Assembly (NCBI GenBank): GCA_040767225.1
Contig: JAXGOY010000004.1
Location: 6,180-70,179, forward strand
DNA from: Candidatus Dojkabacteria bacterium
GTDB lineage: Bacteria > Patescibacteriota > Dojkabacteria > SC72
Direction of reading: 5' to 3'
Length of the DNA: 64,000 bases
Below the pieces are notes generated by a model. The model was not told the DNA's origin, ran no database searches, and saw only the letters and a list, made by a program, of their open reading frames with translations. Position 1 is the first letter of the stretch; each line of letters starts with the position of its first letter. Both the position numbers and the translations under genes were made by a program. This document shows positions 62,907 through 64,000 of the stretch, in pieces.

Positions 62907-62968
62907 GAGGGTGTGAATTAGAAGATTAAAGTGTTCTTTTTGGAACAACTCAATAATGGCAGGGGATA
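62907..62968 (+). repeat. ~60-bp dispersed repeat, copy 2
   Basis: Matches 57974-58034. Confidence 0.85.
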
Positions 62969-63005
62969 TGGAGTAATATCTGAAAATACGATATTTCTAA
63001 TAAAA

Positions 63006-64000
63006 TTATTCCAGAATCTTTAATATCTCTTCTCCAATCTCCTCATTAAATCCAGAGAAAGCCCTTCCCCCAACAAATATGATAGGGTAGTAACCATAGC
63101 TATCAGAGACTCCCTCACTTTTTGAAATATTCCCTTTATATGCATTTAACTGTGTTCCAAAATCTGTATCAGTAGTAAGATGTTCTACATATTCGATATT
63201 GTTCTCCTTGAAGAAATTAATCATCTCTAAGCACATAGGGCCAGTATTGTTATGGAATACGACTACCTCCTTATCGGTTATACTAGTTGTAATATTAGAT
63301 TCACCCTCATTTAAATCTTCTACCTTACATGGATTAGTAACATTTGGCTCCTCTTCATATGGTATTGCAGGTCTAATCTTCTCTGGAGTATATGGAGCGT
63401 TCTTGTTTACTGGAATTTGCCACATAGGCATAACTTTGTCTACACTTCCCAGAGTATCTAAATCTACCCAATCAACTTCGTAGTTATCCCAGAATCTGTG
63501 CCACATATTATTCCATCTCTCTTTTAGCCCACCAATATATGTATGAGATACCGCCATGAACTTCTCATTTAGGATTGCTCTTTTGTATTGAGACTCCATA
63601 TCCTCTGGAGAGCCATTTCTTTCATAGAAACTGTAATCGCAAAAACTTCCATATTTAAATTCAGGTACATCAATGTTTGATACAGATATTATTTTTACAT
63701 TGTATTCTTCTGGTTTGTATATTGTTGTTGCTAGTTCTGTAGTTCCCCTTGCAGTTATGTATTCAATCCCTAAAGCTTCAGCTACTTTTACAGTATTCTC
63801 ATCAGAGGCCATGTATCTAGAACTGATAACTCGTGGAGTTACACCAAGATATGTTTGTGCATTTTCAATCATGTTAGAAATAATTTCATATTGCTCATCA
63901 TATGGCATTCCCCAGAATGGTTCGAAATCATATGATGGAGCCAGCTCTACAACACCTGTCTTTAATATCTCTTTGAGAACCTCTGCATGTTTCTCTATGA
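63006..64000 (-). CDS. Polysaccharide deacetylase-like domain plus C-terminal glutaredoxin-like domain; 5' end outside the window
   Basis: Frame open to the edge; MPYDEQYEII..AQTYLG NodB-like segment; GPMC...YPIIFVGGRAFSGF thioredoxin-fold segment. Confidence 0.65.
   Translation of the reverse strand, partial: IEKHAEVLKEILKTGVVELAPSYDFEPFWGMPYDEQYEIISNMIENAQTYLGVTPRVISSRYMASDENTVKVAEALGIEYITARGTTELATTIYKPEEYNVKIISVSNIDVPEFKYGSFCDYSFYERNGSPEDMESQYKRAILNEKFMAVSHTYIGGLKERWNNMWHRFWDNYEVDWVDLDTLGSVDKVMPMWQIPVNKNAPYTPEKIRPAIPYEEEPNVTNPCKVEDLNEGESNITTSITDKEVVVFHNNTGPMCLEMINFFKENNIEYVEHLTTDTDFGTQLNAYKGNISKSEGVSDSYGYYPIIFVGGRAFSGFNEEIGEEILKILE

Noticed and set aside
61696-63204. 183-bp repeat pair as a second TR/VR
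   Set aside because: Only 7 of the 12 mismatches are adenines in the putative template on the coding strand, there is no AAY enrichment, and most changes are transitions. Ordinary diverged duplication.
1-64000. CRISPR array, rRNA, prophage or IS transposase
   Set aside because: No regularly spaced repeats, rRNA-like tracts, phage structural genes or transposase motifs detected by eye.

Overview
AT-rich bacterial chromosomal segment. The housekeeping gene set, rare Shine-Dalgarno motifs, many large surface proteins and the DGR type suggest a Patescibacteria/CPR organism, possibly Dojkabacteria (inference). It holds a polysaccharide/glycosyltransferase cluster, secA, recO, tRNA-Lys(CTT), an Elp3-like gene, ndk, a uracil-DNA glycosylase, trpS, ABC transporters, a Clp/Hsp100 ATPase, Hsp20, rubredoxin, two toxin-antitoxin modules (Phd-VapC, AbiEi-AbiEii) and many hypothetical genes. 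Two features stand out. First, a complete diversity-generating retroelement at ~38.8-41.6 kb: target gene with VR 39506-39632, post-VR hairpin, TR 39906-40032 (15 of 16 TR/VR differences at TR adenines), avd, and an RT on the opposite strand overlapping avd. Second, a ~290-nt multi-helix RNA structure that starts at the predicted transcription start of a CIRCE-overlapped promoter upstream of hsp20 and that I cannot assign to a known family. The right third has intergenic DNA built from eroded, internally deleted gene copies. Many genes carry single-base frameshifts near homopolymers, probably sequencing or assembly errors.
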